A DNA stretch of 17,603 nt, taken from a virus. Its lineage: Duplodnaviria; Heunggongvirae; Uroviricota; Caudoviricetes. Positions 13,705-17,603 of the stretch are shown here, one piece after another; position 1 is the first letter of the stretch, and each line of letters opens with the position of its first letter. Both the position numbers and the translations under genes were made by a program. The stretch lies in the IMG/VR virus record IMGVR_UViG_2703718840_000011. One strand, 5' to 3'. The notes beneath the pieces are model-generated. The model did no database searches. It worked only from the letters and a program-made list of their open reading frames with translations, and was not told the origin of the DNA.

Positions 13705-14885
13705 CCATGGCGGCAAGGCCACGTAAAAAAGAATACAGACATCTTCCTGATTATCTGGTTTTTGATAAAGATCGAGGTGTTTATAAATTCACACTTATTA
13801 CCGGAAAAAAGAAAAATATAGGTAAGGATCGGGCAATAGCCGTTGCAATCGCCAGAGAGTACAACCTGAGGATGCGATCAGAATTATACCCATCAGTGGA
13901 TAATCTTATTAGAGAATCTGGCGGGGTCACCGGAGAAGCAAAACCATTTGCTGAACATGTCGATCACATAATGGCCAGAATTATCGAAGACGAACGACCT
14001 TCCCAGAGTACCTTAGATGACTGGAAAAATGACGCTCTACGCGTAAAAGCATTTTTCGTAAATGTTCCGGCATGCGATATCGAACTTGAACACGTTAATG
14101 CCTACATCAACAAATATCATGCCAGCGCATCCGCAAATGTGCAGAACAGAAAGGTCAGCTTTCTTAAAAAGTTGTTCTCTTATGCGGTCGATGAATCACT
14201 AATGCAGGATAACCCGGCCATCAGAAAAAAAATGCGTAGGACTGATGAGAAGAAAAGACGGCGCCTGTCACTCGAGCATTTTATAGCTATCAGGCAGGCC
14301 GCTGCACCATGGTTAAGAACAGCAATGGACCTAGCATTGCAGACTACACATGCACGACTCGAAGTATCGCGAATCCGTTACTCAATTCGCGAACCTAAAG
14401 ACGGTTTATGTGGATGTGTTTGGTTCGAACAACCACAAAATGGCATATATGGTACACTATACATCCATAGGCAAAAAGTACAAAAAAAGGAGGCATCACA
14501 TGTTGCAATACCAATTGGTGAAGAATTGAAACGGATAATTGACAATAGCCGTGACAATGTGGCCAGTCCCTTTGTCGTTCATAGAATCCCAGAACGGCAT
14601 GTTAAACGCAGTAAAGAGGTTTCGCACCCAACTCAAGTTGCACCAGATTATTTGAGTCGGTCATTCTCTTCCGTGCGAGACAAACTCGGACTATGCAATC
14701 ATCTAGCAATGGAACAAAGACCTACATTCCATGAAATAAGAGCTTTGGCAGCTCACCTATTTGATAAACAAGGGATTGATCCGCAGGGACGAATGGCACA
14801 TAGCGATGCGAAATCTACTAAAATTTATACTAAAAATCATATAGATTGGATTGTTGTCCCTCATGGAGAAATTAAAACCGGTTAG
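13701..14885 (+). CDS. int: Tyrosine-type site-specific integrase (lambda Int family)
   Basis: 394 aa. C-terminal catalytic region with H-x-x-R (TFHEIRALAAHLF) and the tyrosine motif (MAHSDAKSTKIYTKNH). Arm-binding-like N-terminus. Xis immediately upstream. Confidence 0.9.
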   Translation: MTMAARPRKKEYRHLPDYLVFDKDRGVYKFTLITGKKKNIGKDRAIAVAIAREYNLRMRSELYPSVDNLIRESGGVTGEAKPFAEHVDHIMARIIEDERPSQSTLDDWKNDALRVKAFFVNVPACDIELEHVNAYINKYHASASANVQNRKVSFLKKLFSYAVDESLMQDNPAIRKKMRRTDEKKRRRLSLEHFIAIRQAAAPWLRTAMDLALQTTHARLEVSRIRYSIREPKDGLCGCVWFEQPQNGIYGTLYIHRQKVQKKEASHVAIPIGEELKRIIDNSRDNVASPFVVHRIPERHVKRSKEVSHPTQVAPDYLSRSFSSVRDKLGLCNHLAMEQRPTFHEIRALAAHLFDKQGIDPQGRMAHSDAKSTKIYTKNHIDWIVVPHGEIKTG

Positions 14886-15022
14886 TTATTAAATTCTCCA
14901 CTTTATTTTGACTGACAATAACGGTTGCTAAGGCATAGAGTAAAGCTTAATTTAAAAGGCAGTTCTATGCCCATTTACCATAACTCCTCCCTTGTCCAGA
15001 AAGCAATATTTATTAATAAAAT

Positions 15023-15985
15023 TTATTTACCCTTATTATACTCTTCAGTAATCTTATTCATGGATGATATATATTTATCCAGCCCACCATAGTTGGCTAT
15101 CATTCGAAATGAATTACGGTACTCTGCCATTTTCACATCATGATTAGTAATTCCACACCAGCCACAAACTTTATTTTCCATGTTTAAAGGCTCATAACAT
15201 TTTTTACATTGCCTTGATGCAGGTATTATATTGCCATTAATAAATTGGTGTGATTTGAGATTTTGAGATAAAAGAAATGGTGTAGTTGTTGTTTTTCCTA
15301 TTACCATTTCGAAATATCTACATTTAGCCTTTTTAGCTAAAGATTGAATTTTCTGCTTTAATAAATCATTTGATTTGTGCCCAACTATAACTCCAGTTAT
15401 ACAATTAATCGGTACCGGAAGGAGCATAAGATTGTCATTCAGTTTAGTAAGTGCTTTCTCATTAATTATTACGCGACGTTCCTGCTCATAACTCCAGCAA
15501 GTTTGTTTTGTCAAATATGCGGCTGTCATTATACAGGATTGTAGCCAGTAGATATAACGAGGTTTACAGATATGAAATGCTCTCGCCAGAATGTCTTCAA
15601 TACCTGTATCTGGAGAATCTTTATATTCAACATCTGCTATTGAACTATGATCCTGGAAGCCGATTTCATCCAAATACTTTTTAAACTTCTCCTCATTAAT
15701 CTCTATTACAAAACCAGAAGAATTACCTGCATAATGTGCCCACATAGGTGGTATCACAGGGCTTTTCGTAAAACAAGTTGCTGGTTGTTTTGTAACCATG
15801 CCAATCATTTCATTGTAAAATGCTAACTCATCAGAACCGCGATTAAAATCAATAGTAAGGAAAAACTCATAGGGATCATTATATTCATGTAAATGAGAGA
15901 ATTTTATTCCTATATGTGTTTCATCCATCATCAATTTATCAATTATATCCGCTCCCATAAACTTATACAAATTGGTCATATACAA
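15023..15985 (-). CDS. DUF2971-family protein with C-terminal CxxC...CxxC zinc ribbon (320 aa)
   Basis: N-terminal NLYKFMGADIIDKL...IKFSHLHEYNDPYEF matches the DUF2971 hallmark (LYKY...FS.P..FNDPFE). C-terminus CKKCYEPLNMENKVCGWCG. AAGGAG RBS 7 nt upstream. Strongly AT-rich gene and flanks. Confidence 0.75.
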   Translation of the reverse strand: MYMTNLYKFMGADIIDKLMMDETHIGIKFSHLHEYNDPYEFFLTIDFNRGSDELAFYNEMIGMVTKQPATCFTKSPVIPPMWAHYAGNSSGFVIEINEEKFKKYLDEIGFQDHSSIADVEYKDSPDTGIEDILARAFHICKPRYIYWLQSCIMTAAYLTKQTCWSYEQERRVIINEKALTKLNDNLMLLPVPINCITGVIVGHKSNDLLKQKIQSLAKKAKCRYFEMVIGKTTTTPFLLSQNLKSHQFINGNIIPASRQCKKCYEPLNMENKVCGWCGITNHDVKMAEYRNSFRMIANYGGLDKYISSMNKITEEYNKGK

Positions 15986-16065
15986 CTCCTTTTTTATAAA
16001 ATAACATTTTAAATCATATGATTATGGAGGCACAAAATCCAGTAATTAGTTTTCAAGCCGGTTGT

Positions 16066-16428
16066 GATGTAGTTCGAGGACAAACTGAAACGTATTATTG
16101 ATAACAGTCGCGATAACGTTGCCTGCCCGTATATCGTTCACCGTATACCGAGCGTAATAACAAACGCAGTAAAGAGGTATCCGCACCTGCCTATCTTAGC
16201 CATACTTTTCATTGCCCCGTGATTCGTTAGGCTTGTGTAATAATTTGACGATGGAGCTGCGCCCCCACATTCCACAAAATACGCGCACTAGCTGCATTTT
16301 GTTTGATAAACAGGGAGTAGACCACAAGGGCTCATAGCCCACAGCGACGCGAAATCAACGAAAATTTATACGCGGAACCATATGATTGGGTAATGCTTCC
16401 GCACGGTGAAATTAAATACAATGCATAA
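16066..16428 (+). pseudogene. Decayed 3' fragment of a second, related tyrosine integrase gene
   Basis: Seen directly: nucleotide similarity to the 3' end of the intact integrase (e.g. identical AAACGCAGTAAAGAGGT; ...GCGATGCGAAATC.ACTAAAATTTATAC...; ...CACGGTGAAATTAAA). Translation gives KLKRIIDNSRDNVA.P.IVHRIP, then frameshifts and stops, then ...AHSDAKSTKIYTRNH...PHGEIK. It lacks the 5' two-thirds of the gene. Confidence 0.65.
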
Positions 16429-16430
16429 TA

Positions 16431-16458
16431 AAATTGGCCTCAAATGAGGCCAATTTTG
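16431..16458. terminator. Bidirectional rho-independent terminator (perfect palindrome AATTGGCCTCA-AA-TGAGGCCAATT flanked by A- and T-runs)
   Basis: Seen directly: AAAATTGGCCTCAAATGAGGCCAATTTTGG. Lies between the integrase remnant (+) and the convergent minus-strand operon. Confidence 0.6.
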
Positions 16459-16462
16459 GGGA

Positions 16463-16846
16463 TTAGGACGCTTTAGACTTGGTCATATTAGCGCAACGCT
16501 GGATTAATTTCTCTGCAGTCTTAATCGCGGTGCTTGATTGGGTTGGCGTAATAGTGTCGTTAAGTCTGTAATCACAAACTATTCTCTGATCCTTAAGCGA
16601 TTGAAGAGCATACCCCAAACCAATTAAGTCTCTTTTTTCAAAAGGTTCGTTACCCTTCCAAGCATCGTTAACAAGATAGTCAATGAGGCCTTGGTGACTT
16701 TCTTTCGGCCCCATGGTCAAACACGGAAGTACGTGGTGATAAGCACCATAATACGCACGTGCGACAGCGTTTCTGTAACCAATTTCGTCGTTACGCTTTT
16801 CACAATCTTTTGCGAAAGCGATAAAATCGGAACTATTAACTGGCAC
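16463..16846 (-). CDS. Hypothetical small protein (~127 aa from a GTG start); possible Rx6H HEPN-like motif (speculative)
   Basis: The track ORF starts at ATG 16897, which would overlap the upstream gene by 62 nt. An in-frame GTG at about 16846 is preceded by a perfect GGAGG 7 nt upstream (inside the 3' end of the upstream gene). The motif RAYYGAYHH is noted. AT-rich. Confidence 0.5.
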   Translation of the reverse strand: MPVNSSDFIAFAKDCEKRNDEIGYRNAVARAYYGAYHHVLPCLTMGPKESHQGLIDYLVNDAWKGNEPFEKRDLIGLGYALQSLKDQRIVCDYRLNDTITPTQSSTAIKTAEKLIQRCANMTKSKAS

Positions 16847-17603
16847 GCGCAGGTTCCTCCAAACGCCCTTCAAACCATACGCTGAAGGGTTTTCCAATCA
16901 AACTTTCATTTTCTGCAAGAGAAAATGCTATATCCAAGTTCATATCAGAGAGAACATCAGAATCTTCAGTATTAACTGCCATGACATATGATGACGTACG
17001 CTCTTCAGGGATAGAGCAGAAAGACATAGCAACAGGACTAACTTTATGGTCAGCCATGATATCCACTATGCGGTTTGCAATATCCTGTAGTTCTTCATCA
17101 GTAATTCCAGTTGCACTTTTGAAGGTCGTGGATTGGGCCAGTGCTGTGGCTGCGAGGTGCTTAACCAATTCAGCCTCCTTTTCATCTACCATACTTATCA
17201 ATCTCTCAGCATAGTAGAGCGCTTTGTCAATACGCCCCAAGAACAAGTTAGCTTCCCATGCATGGGACAGCATCGTAGGGGAGTTATAACGTTCAACTAA
17301 TCGATTTACCACTTGTTCAACTTCACGGAAGCTGCCGTAATCGTTGAGATAAACTACATAATTTTGAGCAATGATCAGGTTGTTATGCTTCAATGCTTCT
17401 TCAAAGAATGCAACTGCAGTATCTTTACGCCCAAAAGCACCATTAGCCAACGCTTTGAGATAGTCCTCAGATGCGCTGTCGCGCAACTTTTCTATATCTC
17501 TGATATAACGAAAATATTGCATTTCGGATATCGTATTCCGAGCCGCAAGAATATCGATTAATTCACTGCTGATTTCGTTCGCTTTTAGCGCCGGCTGTGG
17601 CAT
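16836..17603 (-). CDS. Hypothetical alpha-helical (TPR-like) protein, 255 aa; 5' end at the window edge, possibly partial
   Basis: Long ORF whose ATG coincides with the last bases of the window. Helical repeat-like composition (YLKALANGAFGRKDTAVAFFEEALKHNNLIIAQNYVVYL...). Its 3' end contains the RBS for the downstream gene. Confidence 0.55.
   Translation of the reverse strand: MPQPALKANEISSELIDILAARNTISEMQYFRYIRDIEKLRDSASEDYLKALANGAFGRKDTAVAFFEEALKHNNLIIAQNYVVYLNDYGSFREVEQVVNRLVERYNSPTMLSHAWEANLFLGRIDKALYYAERLISMVDEKEAELVKHLAATALAQSTTFKSATGITDEELQDIANRIVDIMADHKVSPVAMSFCSIPEERTSSYVMAVNTEDSDVLSDMNLDIAFSLAENESLIGKPFSVWFEGRLEEPARAS

Noticed and set aside
14886-16462. tRNA or tmRNA gene as integration target next to the integrase
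   Set aside because: No T-loop-like GGTTCGAATCC-type motif or cloverleaf-compatible segment was found by eye. Not definitive without tRNAscan or Infernal.
16847-16897. ATG start at 16897 for the small right-end gene
   Set aside because: It would overlap the upstream gene by 62 nt; the in-frame GTG near 16846 has a perfect GGAGG at optimal spacing.
16691-17561. Plus-strand ORFs 16691-16885, 16981-17214, 17313-17561
   Set aside because: Antisense to the two-gene minus-strand operon, with no RBS.

Overview
This window reads as a defective lambdoid prophage from an E. coli-like enterobacterium, resembling the CPS-53/KplE1-type cryptic prophage but with a more complete immunity and replication region, flanked by accessory cargo. 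Left to right: a probably 5'-partial DinI-family gene; an AT-rich two-gene cargo cassette (DUF4236-like 400-aa protein plus a DUF2971-like gene broken by a frameshift in an A7 run) bracketed by two copies of a 36-bp imperfect palindrome; a minus-strand tail remnant (tfa, an in-frame lom'-'stf chimera, a tJ-like terminator, only the C-terminal third of J) joined directly to a truncated rusA, implying deletion of the Q/lysis/head/most-tail genes; a LexA-DBD-like protein, a phage Dam methyltransferase and an O-like replication initiator containing an iteron array; cII-like, cro-like and cI-like (HTH + S24 peptidase) immunity genes with shared ACTAAG operator-like motifs; an early-left operon (frameshifted ClpX-type zinc-finger ORF, small ORFs, a terminator and large inverted-repeat leader, yfdP/Q/R/S/T-like genes, xis, tyrosine integrase); an intact DUF2971 gene with a C-terminal zinc ribbon sitting where the 5' part of a second, decayed integrase used to be; a palindromic bidirectional terminator; and an AT-rich, translationally coupled two-gene operon of unknown function running to the window edge. 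The best candidates for undescribed biology are the DUF4236/DUF2971 cassette, the solitary DUF2971-zinc-ribbon gene and the right-end two-gene operon; none can be assigned a function from sequence alone. No rRNA, tRNA, CRISPR array or IS element was recognised. Family assignments come from motif recognition by eye, not database searches, and hand-read coordinates of short motifs may be off by 1-2 bp.
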